64,000 bases of DNA from an uncultured Chitinophagales bacterium (GTDB lineage: Bacteria > Bacteroidota > Bacteroidia > Chitinophagales > JADIYW01), in NCBI GenBank assembly GCA_964642875.1, contig CAZXRF010000003.1, positions 554 to 64,553 of the forward strand, in the 5' to 3' direction. Position numbers and translations under genes: made by a program. Positions within the stretch are counted from its first letter, which is position 1; every line of letters begins with the position of its first letter. A model generated the notes under the pieces. That model had not been told where the DNA came from. It was given only the letters and a program-made list of their open reading frames with translations, and searched no databases. Below are positions 1-9,676 of this stretch, piece by piece.

Positions 1-63
1 CATGCGTAAAAAAAGATTATCAATTTATTAAAGGATTTATTGCTGATAAATTTTGTCTTATAT

Positions 64-93
64 TTGCAAAGTTGGTTAAAAAACCTATCTTTG
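64..93 (+). promoter_or_regulatory. Bacteroidota-type promoter for the tRNA pair (-33 TTG 64-66, -7 TATCTTTG 86-93)
   Basis: Exact TAnnTTTG -7 box with a TTG 19 nt upstream, about 35 nt upstream of tRNA-Ser. Confidence 0.45.
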
Positions 94-128
94 CCGTCCC
101 AAAGTTCTTATAAAAGAGAATTGCAGGA

Positions 129-215
129 GGTGAGGTGGGTGAGTGGCTTAAACCACCAGTTTGCTAAACTGACGTACGGGAAACTGTACCGAGGGTTCGA
201 ATCCCTCCCTCACCG
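129..215 (+). tRNA. tRNA-Ser (anticodon GCT), type II with long variable arm
   Basis: Acceptor stem GGTGAGG/CCTCACC. Anticodon loop TTGCTAA. T arm GAGGG-TTCGAAT-CCCTC. 87 nt, no encoded CCA. Confidence 0.85.
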
Positions 216-237
216 CAGCAAACAATCAAACTATAAT

Positions 238-312
238 CGGGATGTAGTTCAGTCCGGTTAGAATGCCTGGTTTGGGACCAGGAGGTCGTTGGTTCGAATC
301 CAGCCATCCCGA
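238..312 (+). tRNA. tRNA-Pro (anticodon TGG)
   Basis: Acceptor stem CGGGATG/CATCCCG. Anticodon stem-loop CCTGG-TTTGGGA-CCAGG. T loop GGTTCGAATCC. Confidence 0.9.
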
Positions 313-324
313 CTAACCAAGAAA

Positions 325-351
325 AGCCTCACAGCAATGTGAGGCTTTTTT
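325..351 (+). terminator. Rho-independent terminator after the tRNA pair
   Basis: Perfect hairpin AGCCTCACA-GCAA-TGTGAGGCT followed by a T run. Confidence 0.8.
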
Positions 352-522
352 ATTGTATAAATAAAATCGTACTTATTGATTATCTCGAAATTTTGAAACA
401 GCCAACTCTGCTTGTTGTAAAAATACTAAACAGTTCTGCTTTTTATTTTCAATCAAAAACTTCTGCTTATTCTTATCGTAATAGATTTTAATTTCACTAA
501 ATTCGAATTAAATAAATATCCA

Positions 523-1290
523 ATGCATCTTCGTTCATTACCGCACCAAATAAAAGAATATTATAATCAAATGACAGCGTCATATTTGGAAAATTATGGT
601 GATGTCATTCAAGCATTCAGGCCTTCGGATACAGAAAAATTATTAGATTATGTAGGTAGAAGTGCTGGTCTAAATTGGAAGTTGAAGGTATTAGATTTGG
701 GCTGTGGGGTGGGTGGCCCTGCTATACATTTCGCAAAACGCTGGAATGTGCAAATCGATGCGGTAACAATCTCAGAGGTTCAGTTCAATGAAGCTCAAAA
801 GAAAGTAGAGATTGCACAATTAGCTGAAAATATTTCATTGTATGTAGGAGATTACCATCATTTAGAAAATTTGATGATACTAGATAACTCTTATGATGTA
901 GTATTGTTTTTAGAAAGTTTAGGGCACTCCAACGATGTTGCATTAGCAATTAAAAATGCATGTCAAAAATTAAAAGTAGGCGGCGTATTATATATAAAAG
1001 ATTTTTACAAACGTGTAGTAAATAATGCGTCTGAGCAACAAAAAATTGACGCTGCAATTGACAATATAGATAAATATTATTGCTACAATACCTTGGCATT
1101 GGAGCAATTAAAAACCACTCTATTGCAAAATAATTTCACAATAGAATTTATCAAAACTTTTGACTTCGTCGATGATATTCAAGTTCGTAAGAAATTTGAA
1201 CAAGCTAATAATATTGATATTTTCGAGGGAAAACCTGAATTTTATCCCGCAGATTGGTTGGAAATAAAATGTATCAAAAATATTAGTTAG
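523..1290 (+). CDS. Class I SAM-dependent methyltransferase
   Basis: 255-aa ORF with motif I VLDLGCGVGGP and a downstream acidic loop typical of the Rossmann-fold methyltransferases. Substrate not assignable. Confidence 0.8.
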   Translation: MHLRSLPHQIKEYYNQMTASYLENYGDVIQAFRPSDTEKLLDYVGRSAGLNWKLKVLDLGCGVGGPAIHFAKRWNVQIDAVTISEVQFNEAQKKVEIAQLAENISLYVGDYHHLENLMILDNSYDVVLFLESLGHSNDVALAIKNACQKLKVGGVLYIKDFYKRVVNNASEQQKIDAAIDNIDKYYCYNTLALEQLKTTLLQNNFTIEFIKTFDFVDDIQVRKKFEQANNIDIFEGKPEFYPADWLEIKCIKNIS

Positions 1291-1317
1291 AAAAATAAAA
1301 TAATTTTCTTTTAATTG

Positions 1318-2895
1318 TTAATGCCCACTCATGGCATCTTGGTTTAGCTTGTAAGTTTTGGCAAAGAATATTAGCGGTATTGAAATAAAAACAAAGAGCG
1401 TTAAGTAATGAAATATATCGATATAACTTAAAATTGCTGCTTGTTTATCTATAGTATAATTAATATATGCCAATGCCTGTTGTGTGGCTTTATCTGCATC
1501 TGTAGTCATGGAAAGCATTCCATTTTTCAACATATTTACACGTTCATTAAATAATGGATTATCGGGTGTTACGTGCTCTAAAATTACTGCTCGGTGCTCT
1601 GCGCTCAAAGTTTCATTCAGAACCCCAATAACTGCTACACTTATAGAACCACCAATTTGCCGAACCATATTTGTAATTCCTGCGGCTTGCCCTACGTCAG
1701 CACCTTTTAATCCGCCTAAAGTAACGCCGGATAAGGGTACAAATAAGAATGCCATACCTAATCCTCTAATTAAAAGTGGCCAAAATAATGCATCTGCACC
1801 TGTAGTTGTAGTGAAAATAAATGATGACCAGAACACAAAAATACCCGTAATGGTAAAACCGAACGAAATCATAAATTTTGGAGGTGTACCTTTAGATAAT
1901 AACATTCCGATAAAAGGCATCAGCATACCGCTTAATATTGCCCCAGGCATGAACATCTCGCCGGATAATTGAGGGGTGAAATTTAAGAAATGCTGCATAT
2001 AAATCGGGTAAATAAATACGCTGCCAAACAAAATAAATCCTAAAATAAAATTCATTACAGTAGCAATAGCTACATTTCCCTTCAGTAATACCCGTAAATC
2101 TACAATCGGATGTTTTGCAGTTAACTCTCGAATGATAAAACCTATAATTCCGACAACCGCTAAAATAGTAAACGATAAAATATATCTCGATTCAAACCAA
2201 TCATTACGCTCGCCTTGCTCCAAAATTAATTGTAATGAACCCACACCAACTATCAATAAAAATATACCCAACCAATCTACTTTATTGCTAATTCTTTTTT
2301 CATACGGATTGTCCCGAATATAAGTTAAAGTTAGAAATGTTGCTAAAACACCAATCGGAATATTAATAAAAAAGATAATCGGCCAATCATAATTATAAAC
2401 TAAGTAACCCCCTAAATATGGCCCAATTGTAGGTCCAACTATGACGCCCATCCCAAACATCGCCATTGCCATACCTATTTTTTCCGGCGGATAAATTTCC
2501 TTTAAAATAGTTTGAGATGTAGCAAATAGTGCACCACCGCCAATGCCTTGTATAAATCTCCAGAATACTAAAACCCAAATTGAATTAGACATACCGCACA
2601 TAAATGAAGCGAATGTAAATAAAGCTACAGAGCCTGCGAAATAATATTTTCTTCCAAAAACAGCGGATAGCCAACCGCTCATCGGCACTACTATTACGTT
2701 GGCTATGGCATAAGCTGCAATCACCCAACTTACTTCAGATATTGTTGCCCCTAAATTGCCCATTAATGTATTAGTGGCAATATTCACAATGGTAGTATCT
2801 ATCAACTCTAATAAGGTACATAGCACTACCGTAATGGTTACAATGTACCGTCGTGCACCATATTCTATTAGGCTGTCAGTTTGTGCTTGTGTCAT
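1318..2895 (-). CDS. MFS drug efflux transporter, DHA2 (EmrB/QacA-like, 14-TMS type)
   Basis: 525 aa and highly hydrophobic, with the length and pattern of the EmrB family. Last gene of the tetR-OMF-adaptor-pump operon. Confidence 0.85.
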   Translation of the reverse strand: MTQAQTDSLIEYGARRYIVTITVVLCTLLELIDTTIVNIATNTLMGNLGATISEVSWVIAAYAIANVIVVPMSGWLSAVFGRKYYFAGSVALFTFASFMCGMSNSIWVLVFWRFIQGIGGGALFATSQTILKEIYPPEKIGMAMAMFGMGVIVGPTIGPYLGGYLVYNYDWPIIFFINIPIGVLATFLTLTYIRDNPYEKRISNKVDWLGIFLLIVGVGSLQLILEQGERNDWFESRYILSFTILAVVGIIGFIIRELTAKHPIVDLRVLLKGNVAIATVMNFILGFILFGSVFIYPIYMQHFLNFTPQLSGEMFMPGAILSGMLMPFIGMLLSKGTPPKFMISFGFTITGIFVFWSSFIFTTTTGADALFWPLLIRGLGMAFLFVPLSGVTLGGLKGADVGQAAGITNMVRQIGGSISVAVIGVLNETLSAEHRAVILEHVTPDNPLFNERVNMLKNGMLSMTTDADKATQQALAYINYTIDKQAAILSYIDIFHYLTLFVFISIPLIFFAKTYKLNQDAMSGH

Positions 2896-2919
2896 CTTAG
2901 GAAATTAGAAAGTAATCAA

Positions 2920-4056
2920 TTATTTTACTTTTACAGCTACATTCACGTTCATACCGGCTCGTAATTCAAATGCATCATTTTTGTCATCGATTAAGGAAAT
3001 ACGCACCGGAATACGTTGAACCACTTTTACAAAGTTTCCAGTTGCATTATCTGCCGGTAATAATGAAAATTTTGAACCTGTTGCTGCTTGTATTGACTCT
3101 ATTTTTCCTTTAAATGTTTTGTCGGGATAAGCATCTACTTTTACGGTTACATCTTGCCCTACTTTCATGCGCTCTACTTGTGTTTCTTTAAAGTTTGCTG
3201 TTATCCAAAGTTGCGAATCATCTACAATACTCATTAGTATTTGCCCTGGATTTACTAACTGCCCGGGTTGTACATTTTTCTTAGAGATAAATCCATCAGT
3301 TGGTGCAATGATATAGGCATACGATAATTGCAATTTTGCAAAATCAACATTTGCTTGCTGTTGTTGCATGCCTACTTCAGCTAAGTTTACTTGCGTGTTT
3401 ATACCATTAGCTTGTGTATGCGATGCCGTAGATTGTTGCTGTGCCGCTTTTAATTGTGCTTGTGCTACTTGTACTTGTTTTTCTAATACGGCTACTTGTT
3501 TTTCTGCTGATTGCTTTTCTGCTAATGCTGCATCATATTGTGCTTGCGTAGCAGAAGTTTGGTTAAATAATTTTTCGTAACGTTTAAAATTCTCTGTTGT
3601 ATTCCACACTCGAACTTTTGCTGCTTCTACATTCGCTTTTGCAGTTTCTATACCTGCTTGTGCCGTAATTACTGAGGTAGATACAGCATTTGCAGATGCA
3701 TCAGCAGATTGCACATTGCTCTTTACCACATTTACATTTGCACCGGCGCTTTTTGCAGCAATTATAGCTTGCTCTAATTTTATTTTTAAATCTCTATCAT
3801 CTAAAATTAGTAGAGTGTCTCCTTTGTGTACCCGTTGGTTGTCTTTAATATAAATTGTACTTACATAGCCTTGAACTCTTGGCGCAATAGGTACAATATT
3901 ACATTCTATCTGTGAGTTCTCAGTATCTTCATTGTGTATTGCATACGTAATTTTGTGGTAGGCAAATACAAACGCTCCAATTAATATTACTATTCCGATA
4001 ATAGGAATGAATATGTTTTTTTGGGTTTCTTTTTCAGTTTTATTTTTATTTTTCAT
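2920..4056 (-). CDS. HlyD/EmrA-family periplasmic adaptor (membrane fusion protein)
   Basis: 378 aa with an N-terminal TM anchor, a long Ala/Gln-rich coiled-coil hairpin and a beta-barrel C-terminus. Sits between the OMF and MFS pump genes. Confidence 0.85.
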   Translation of the reverse strand: MKNKNKTEKETQKNIFIPIIGIVILIGAFVFAYHKITYAIHNEDTENSQIECNIVPIAPRVQGYVSTIYIKDNQRVHKGDTLLILDDRDLKIKLEQAIIAAKSAGANVNVVKSNVQSADASANAVSTSVITAQAGIETAKANVEAAKVRVWNTTENFKRYEKLFNQTSATQAQYDAALAEKQSAEKQVAVLEKQVQVAQAQLKAAQQQSTASHTQANGINTQVNLAEVGMQQQQANVDFAKLQLSYAYIIAPTDGFISKKNVQPGQLVNPGQILMSIVDDSQLWITANFKETQVERMKVGQDVTVKVDAYPDKTFKGKIESIQAATGSKFSLLPADNATGNFVKVVQRIPVRISLIDDKNDAFELRAGMNVNVAVKVK

Positions 4057-4104
4057 CAGGATACTTTTCTTTTTTGAATGTGATTTATTTTTGTCTTTTA
4101 CTGT

Positions 4105-5421
4105 TTAATTTATTTTCCCTAAACTTCTTTGTAATTTATATTGTGCAATGGCTGCATCTGCTTGCGCATTTAATAAGTTGGTTTGTGCTTGCAATAATAA
4201 TTGGTCAGCTTCCAATACATCGCTTAATAATGCTACTTGCGAATCAAATCTATTGTCTAATATTCTTTTGTTTTCTTTTGCTTGTGCAATGGCTTTAATC
4301 GCTAAATCTATTTTTAGTTGGGCTACTTTTACAGCTTCAAAATTGGAATTTACTTCTATCGAAATTCCGTCTTTTATTTGTTCTGTTAGTTGTACTAATT
4401 GTGCTTTTTGATTTTTAGCTTCGCCTACTACAGCACGTGCAGTATAGAGCTGCATGATATTCCAGCTAAGGCTTACGCCTACATCCCAAGTCGCTTTAAA
4501 TTTATCTTGCATCGGAAAAAAACGTTGGTTAGGGTTGCTATAAACACCATTTCCTATAGCACTAATTATTGGCATATATGCACTGCGAGCAGCCTTTATT
4601 GCAAAGTTTGCCCCCTTTGATCTAAATTGTTGTGCTTTTAGTTCAGCTCTATCTACCATAGAACTAGACACTAAAGCATCAACCGGTGTTGCACCTAATT
4701 CTATTGGGTCAGGGCTTTCTACTTCTATTTTTGTATCGGGTTTTAATCCCAAAAAAATACTCATGTTGTAGGATGTTATAGTTATCGCACTTTCTATATC
4801 TGCTTTGGTTACAAGTAGGTTTGTCTTTTGTAATTCAGCTCGCATTACATCATTATTTAGCATTAATCCAGCATTTTTAAATTTGATAATATCATCAACA
4901 CGCACTTGGGTTTGTGCTATGTTGGAGTCTAATAAAATCTTTGCTTGCTGTAATTTATATAAGTTGTAATAGGCTTGTATAATATTTAATTTATTGTCTT
5001 GCAAATCTTTTTGCGTATCCATTCCTATAGCTAATTTTTGTTGGTCAATTGCCTTTACGGTATTCCAATTTCTCAATCCTTGAAAAATAGGTTGCTGTAA
5101 TGAAACACGGTTGTTGTACTGGTTTGGAAAGTTAGTTTGTATGGCAAAACTTCCCATACCGGGAATGGATATTTCAAATGGCGGAATGTTATTGCTTAAA
5201 CGGGCATAGCTAGAACTAACGCTTAACACAGGAAGCATTGCATTCTGGGCTTGGTTCTTTTTAAATTCCAATGCTTGTATTTTCAAACTGTCGAGTTGTA
5301 ATTGCTTACTGTTTTTTACCGAAAGCTCCATGGCTTCTTTCAGTGTTAATCTTTTTATTTCTTGTGCGGATAAACTTGTTATCAATAATAAAAAGGTGAT
5401 ATAGCTACTTATTTTTTTCAT
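4105..5421 (-). CDS. TolC-family outer membrane efflux protein
   Basis: 438 aa with a signal peptide and an internally duplicated helical/beta repeat pattern typical of OMF proteins. Start overlaps the tetR stop by 4 nt. Confidence 0.85.
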   Translation of the reverse strand: MKKISSYITFLLLITSLSAQEIKRLTLKEAMELSVKNSKQLQLDSLKIQALEFKKNQAQNAMLPVLSVSSSYARLSNNIPPFEISIPGMGSFAIQTNFPNQYNNRVSLQQPIFQGLRNWNTVKAIDQQKLAIGMDTQKDLQDNKLNIIQAYYNLYKLQQAKILLDSNIAQTQVRVDDIIKFKNAGLMLNNDVMRAELQKTNLLVTKADIESAITITSYNMSIFLGLKPDTKIEVESPDPIELGATPVDALVSSSMVDRAELKAQQFRSKGANFAIKAARSAYMPIISAIGNGVYSNPNQRFFPMQDKFKATWDVGVSLSWNIMQLYTARAVVGEAKNQKAQLVQLTEQIKDGISIEVNSNFEAVKVAQLKIDLAIKAIAQAKENKRILDNRFDSQVALLSDVLEADQLLLQAQTNLLNAQADAAIAQYKLQRSLGKIN

Positions 5422-6053
5422 ATTTTTTTCGAATCTATTCCTAAATGATTACTTAAAAGCTCAATAATGTGTTTTCTTAAACGATTTTTATATTTTGTTT
5501 CAAATACGTTTTCATTCTCTGCAAGGTGTAACACTTTACAAGCCATTTTGCTAGAGTGTGTGTATGTTTTGATAATGGAAATAATCGTAAGTGCGGTTAA
5601 TTCGACATCTACTTTTTTAAACTCTTTATTTTTTATTCCATTATGTATAATGTCGATAATTAAATGAAAATTGTTATGTACCTGAGTAATGATGATCTCT
5701 GTCATATTACTGCGTTGGTTCATAGATATTTCTCGAAAGATGATATTTTGTAAGTGTCTATTCTCAAATAATCGGACTATAAATAAATCTACTATGGCAA
5801 ATAATTTTTCTTTATTGGTAGTATATTTTTCTAATTGACTAAGAATTGTATCTGAAACAATTAATTTTCTTTGGATAACGGCTTCGTATAATTTTTCTTT
5901 AGAGCCGAAATAATAGGATACCATAGCTATATTAATTTTTGCTGCTTTTGATATCTCACGTACACTTACTGCTTCAAAACCTTGCTCTGCAAACAAGTGC
6001 TCTGCGGCATCTAAGATAAATTCTCGTTTGTCTATATTCTTATTTTCTTCCAT
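5418..6053 (-). CDS. TetR/AcrR-family transcriptional repressor
   Basis: 211 aa with an N-terminal HTH (SVREISKAAKINIAMVSYYFGSKEKLY). First gene of the efflux operon. Confidence 0.85.
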   Translation of the reverse strand: MEENKNIDKREFILDAAEHLFAEQGFEAVSVREISKAAKINIAMVSYYFGSKEKLYEAVIQRKLIVSDTILSQLEKYTTNKEKLFAIVDLFIVRLFENRHLQNIIFREISMNQRSNMTEIIITQVHNNFHLIIDIIHNGIKNKEFKKVDVELTALTIISIIKTYTHSSKMACKVLHLAENENVFETKYKNRLRKHIIELLSNHLGIDSKKI

Positions 6054-6060
6054 GATAACT

Positions 6061-6113
6061 AATTAAACGTTTGTTTAATTCGCCTGCAAATTTAATTAAA
6101 CGATTGTTTAATT
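6061..6113. promoter_or_regulatory. Two tandem palindromic operators (AATTAAAC-N4-GTTTAATT) upstream of tetR
   Basis: Perfect 8-bp inverted arms at 6061-6080 and 6094-6113, 33 bp centre to centre, starting 8 nt upstream of the tetR ATG. A degenerate third copy lies at 6117-6136. Confidence 0.5.
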
Positions 6114-6240
6114 TGCAAGTTAAATTATGTTTAATTAGATTTTATTGATAAGAATCAATTTTAAAGACTTGTTGTAGCTTGTCTTGTTGTTCGTTCTTCT
6201 AAAAAAAATAGATAATTGAAATTGGTGAATAATAATCAGA

Positions 6241-8202
6241 TTAATTTTCTCGTGTAATTTCTATGTGCGATTTTTGAGCAATTCGGATTGGCACATTTTC
6301 TACACGGCAATTTGTTTTTTCTAATCCAAAATCTTCTTCTGCTGGAAGGCTCACTGATTTTATCCAATTATAAGATTTTACGATAAACTGTTCTATTGGA
6401 TTTAATTTATTATCTATAGAAACTTTAGAATTTAGAATTACATATTTAAAATCTGCTGGATAGCCATGTTTGCGCAGCGATGGGTAGTGGCTTAATAAAT
6501 CTATTTCTCCACGTGCTTCCATATCTTCTACTATTTTAGTGAACATCACATGTACTTTATGTTCAATTTTAAACCCAAACTTTAATCGGATAAAGAAACA
6601 TTTTCCGGGTATGACGGTTTCAACTGTGTAAGAAGCACCATAAGGTTCTCCAGTAATATCTACATGTACAAACCAATAAGTATCGGCACGTTTAGGCTTT
6701 TTTCGGAATATAGAATAAATGATATTTGAGTCGATATGTTTTTTGTCATTTGCATTACACATAAAAACTAAATTAGTAGCTTCTTTCGGAATAGAAGTGT
6801 CGTTTTGTAAATCAATGATATCATCTAAATAGTCTTTTATTTCTACAAATTCGATATGTTTATTGCGTAGTTTTTTCCCTTCTTTAAATAAATACATTAG
6901 TACAAAAATGACTGTTGCAATTAAGATGGCGAACCAACCACCATGCATAAATTTCTTTAAGTTGGCTGTCAGAAAAGTCAGTTCTATCCACATGAAAAAT
7001 AATAAAAATGCCCAGATAAAATATTTGGGTCTGCGTTTTACATGCATATAATAGGCTAATAACATCGTCGTCATTATCATATTTAATGATATGGCTAAGC
7101 CATACGCCGCTTCCATTTTTCCGGATTCTCTAAAAATTAATACCACCGTTAAACAACCAAAGAACAAAAGCCAATTGATAAATGGAATGTACACTTGCCC
7201 TTGTACTATAGTTGGATATATTACCTTTTGATTGGGCCATAATTTCAATTTCATCGCTTCATTAACTAATGTAAAACACCCACTTATTAAAGCTTGTGAA
7301 GCAATAATCGTCGCCATTGTTGCTATAATAATTCCAATTTTTAAAAACCATGCAGGCATTACTGCATAAAATGGTGCTATTTCACTAAAATCCATGTTTT
7401 TATGACTAATAATGAATGCAGCTTGTCCAAAATAACAGAGTAATAAAGAAATTTTTACAAATGTCCAGCTTACATAAATATTTTCTTTTCCGCAATGTCC
7501 TAAATCGGAATATAGTGCCTCACCACCTGTTGTACACAAAAATACAGCACCTAAAAACCAAATACCGCCCGGGTAGTTTACCACCAAATTAATGGCATAC
7601 ATCGGATTCATTGCTCTAAATACGGTAGGATTTTTTACTATCTGTGAAATGCCGATAATCCCTATCATCGTAAACCAGATAAACATTATCGGGCCGAATG
7701 CATTTCCAATTTTATTCGTTCCAAACTGTTGTGCTAAAAATATACCTATTAAAATAGTAATTACAATCGGTACAGTTTCTATATGTGGGTATAAAATGTT
7801 TAATCCTTCTACCGCAGATGATATCGAAATTGGTGGTGTTATAAATCCGTCTGCCATTAAGGAGGCACAACCAATTAATGCTGGAATGATGGTCCACTTA
7901 GCTTTGTACCGCCTTACAATGGCATATAACGCAAAAATACCACCCTCTCCTTTATTGTCTGCATTTAATGCTAATATTACATATTTAAATGTAATGATGA
8001 TAAGTAAAGTCCAAAATACGCAAGATACACCTCCTAATACCAAATCATCCGTAATGGGATGGTTTCCGCCGACAGCCATATTCATAATCGCTTTTAAAAC
8101 GTAGATGGGTGAGGTACCAATGTCTCCATATATAATACCTAATGCTACCATTACACCTGCTGCGGAGAGTTTGTGTAAACCGTGATCTTGTTTTTCAGCC
8201 AT
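6241..8202 (-). CDS. kup: KUP/HAK/KT potassium uptake transporter
   Basis: Hallmark GDIGTSPIY motif, multi-TM N-terminal domain and a cytoplasmic C-terminal domain. I prefer the ATG at 8202 (MAEKQDHG...) over the upstream TTG at 8238 used in the ORF track. Confidence 0.9.
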   Translation of the reverse strand: MAEKQDHGLHKLSAAGVMVALGIIYGDIGTSPIYVLKAIMNMAVGGNHPITDDLVLGGVSCVFWTLLIIITFKYVILALNADNKGEGGIFALYAIVRRYKAKWTIIPALIGCASLMADGFITPPISISSAVEGLNILYPHIETVPIVITILIGIFLAQQFGTNKIGNAFGPIMFIWFTMIGIIGISQIVKNPTVFRAMNPMYAINLVVNYPGGIWFLGAVFLCTTGGEALYSDLGHCGKENIYVSWTFVKISLLLCYFGQAAFIISHKNMDFSEIAPFYAVMPAWFLKIGIIIATMATIIASQALISGCFTLVNEAMKLKLWPNQKVIYPTIVQGQVYIPFINWLLFFGCLTVVLIFRESGKMEAAYGLAISLNMIMTTMLLAYYMHVKRRPKYFIWAFLLFFMWIELTFLTANLKKFMHGGWFAILIATVIFVLMYLFKEGKKLRNKHIEFVEIKDYLDDIIDLQNDTSIPKEATNLVFMCNANDKKHIDSNIIYSIFRKKPKRADTYWFVHVDITGEPYGASYTVETVIPGKCFFIRLKFGFKIEHKVHVMFTKIVEDMEARGEIDLLSHYPSLRKHGYPADFKYVILNSKVSIDNKLNPIEQFIVKSYNWIKSVSLPAEEDFGLEKTNCRVENVPIRIAQKSHIEITREN

Positions 8203-8414
8203 TGTTGTTTTTTTATGCTTTAAAAATAAGCGGAGCAAATGTACTCTAAATTGTTATTACTCGGTAAAATTTACCAATAAAAGTTAGTAATAATTGGGGA
8301 GAAAAGTGCAATTTTGTGCGTATCACTCCAGTCGGAGTAAATCTTTTTATTTAGTTTTATATTTATATACATAAATTATTATGTATGTGTGTTTGTTCTG
8401 TAAAATTTTGAACC

Positions 8415-9614
8415 ATGAGTAATAATAATATTAAATGTCCGAATTGCGGTACGTCTATTGATATCGATGCAGTGCTGAGCCACCAAGCGGAGGAGCGAAT
8501 GTTGGAGAAAATGAAACAAAAAGAAATCGAACTGCAAATACGGGAACGAGAATTTGAGGATAAAAGAATTAAGGCTCAAGAAGAATATAAACAACGTCTA
8601 GAAGTCGACCGTCAAAAAATATCAAAAGAAGAAGCTGATAAAGCTACACAAAAAGCAAATGAAGCGTTTCAGTTGCAATTCAAAACCCAACAAGAAGAAT
8701 TAGAAAATCGCAAACGTGAAAATACGATTTTGAAAGAAAAAGAATTGGCCTTTTTAAAACGCGAAGATACATTAAGAGAAAAGGAACAAGAGTTAGAACT
8801 GCAAGTACAACGCCAACTTAAAGCAGAGCGGGAGGCTATGGAACAAAGAATTTTCAAACAAGAACAAGATAAAAACGAACTCCGATTTAAAGAATACGAA
8901 AAGAAAATAGAGCAAACACAAAAAGCATTAGATGAAGCACAGCGAAAAGCAACACAAGGCAGCATGCAACTACAAGGCGAAGTACAAGAGTTGGCATTAG
9001 AAGCACTTTTAAAAGAAGCATTTCCATTTGATATGATTGAGGAAGTTGGAAAGGGCGTAAAGGGTGCTGATTGCATACAAACAGTACGAAATAATTTTGG
9101 GCAATTGTGTGGGAAAATTATTTATGAAAGCAAGCGCACACAAGCATTTTCTAATGATTGGATAGAAAAGCTAAAAGCAGATATGCGTGCTACCAATGCT
9201 GACATAGCAGTTATTGTAACGCAAACTATGCCGAAAGACATGGTGCAATTTGGAGAGAAAAATGGAATATGGATTTGTACTTACCCTGAGGTACGCGCAT
9301 TAGCTCATGTGTTGAGAAGCCTTATATTGCGGGTGTTTTCAGTGAGTAAATCACAAGAAAACAAAGGAGACAAAATGCACTTGTTGTATGATTATTTCAC
9401 CAATAATGAATTTGCAGAACAATGGAGAGCCGTACGTGAAGGTTTTCTTTCCATGAAACAATCCATAGATGCGGAGCGAACTGCAATGGAAAAATTATGG
9501 AAGGCTCGAGAAAAACAATTAGAGAAAATACTATTAAATGCTGCGCATATTTCAGGTTCAATAGAAGGAATAGCAGGTTTGGAAAATATAGACATGAAAC
9601 TATTGGATGAGTAG
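8415..9614 (+). CDS. DUF2130-like protein: N-terminal Zn-ribbon, long coiled coil, C-terminal PD-(D/E)xK-like domain
   Basis: CPNCG at the N-terminus, about 180 aa of Glu/Lys/Gln-rich heptad-like sequence, then GADC ... IIYESK (D-x18-E-x-K). Confidence 0.6.
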   Translation: MSNNNIKCPNCGTSIDIDAVLSHQAEERMLEKMKQKEIELQIREREFEDKRIKAQEEYKQRLEVDRQKISKEEADKATQKANEAFQLQFKTQQEELENRKRENTILKEKELAFLKREDTLREKEQELELQVQRQLKAEREAMEQRIFKQEQDKNELRFKEYEKKIEQTQKALDEAQRKATQGSMQLQGEVQELALEALLKEAFPFDMIEEVGKGVKGADCIQTVRNNFGQLCGKIIYESKRTQAFSNDWIEKLKADMRATNADIAVIVTQTMPKDMVQFGEKNGIWICTYPEVRALAHVLRSLILRVFSVSKSQENKGDKMHLLYDYFTNNEFAEQWRAVREGFLSMKQSIDAERTAMEKLWKAREKQLEKILLNAAHISGSIEGIAGLENIDMKLLDE

Positions 9615-9676
9615 TAAAACATGCTGTGATGCAATAATCTATAGTATAGAAAAAATTATTAAACATTATTTCAAAA

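Noticed and set aside
40-261. 73-aa ORF in the track
   Set aside because: It lies directly over the tRNA-Ser and tRNA-Pro genes and their promoter, so it is an artefact of an open frame through structured RNA genes.
407-468. Three TCTGCTT heptamers spaced 27-28 nt apart upstream of the methyltransferase gene
   Set aside because: They are short motifs in AT-rich DNA with imperfect periodicity and no flanking similarity. This is plausibly chance, and I cannot support a binding-site claim.
1484-1972. 162-aa plus-strand ORF inside the MFS pump gene. The same applies to 7592-8104, 8669-9076, 9916-10344, 23984-24358, 58788-59132, 62220-62591, 63061-63417 and 63646-63954.
   Set aside because: These are antisense shadow ORFs of well-supported genes. 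They have low-complexity or Cys/Ser-rich compositions and no recognisable motifs.
8203-8238. TTG-initiated 12-codon N-terminal extension of kup
   Set aside because: The ATG at 8202 gives the family-typical N-terminus. Nothing supports the TTG start.
8239-8414. Possible c-di-AMP (ydaO-type) or other riboswitch in the kup leader, plus an AT palindrome TACATAA-ATTA-TTATGTA near 8369-8386
   Set aside because: I could not find the conserved riboswitch core elements. The palindrome is AT-only and could easily arise by chance in this composition.
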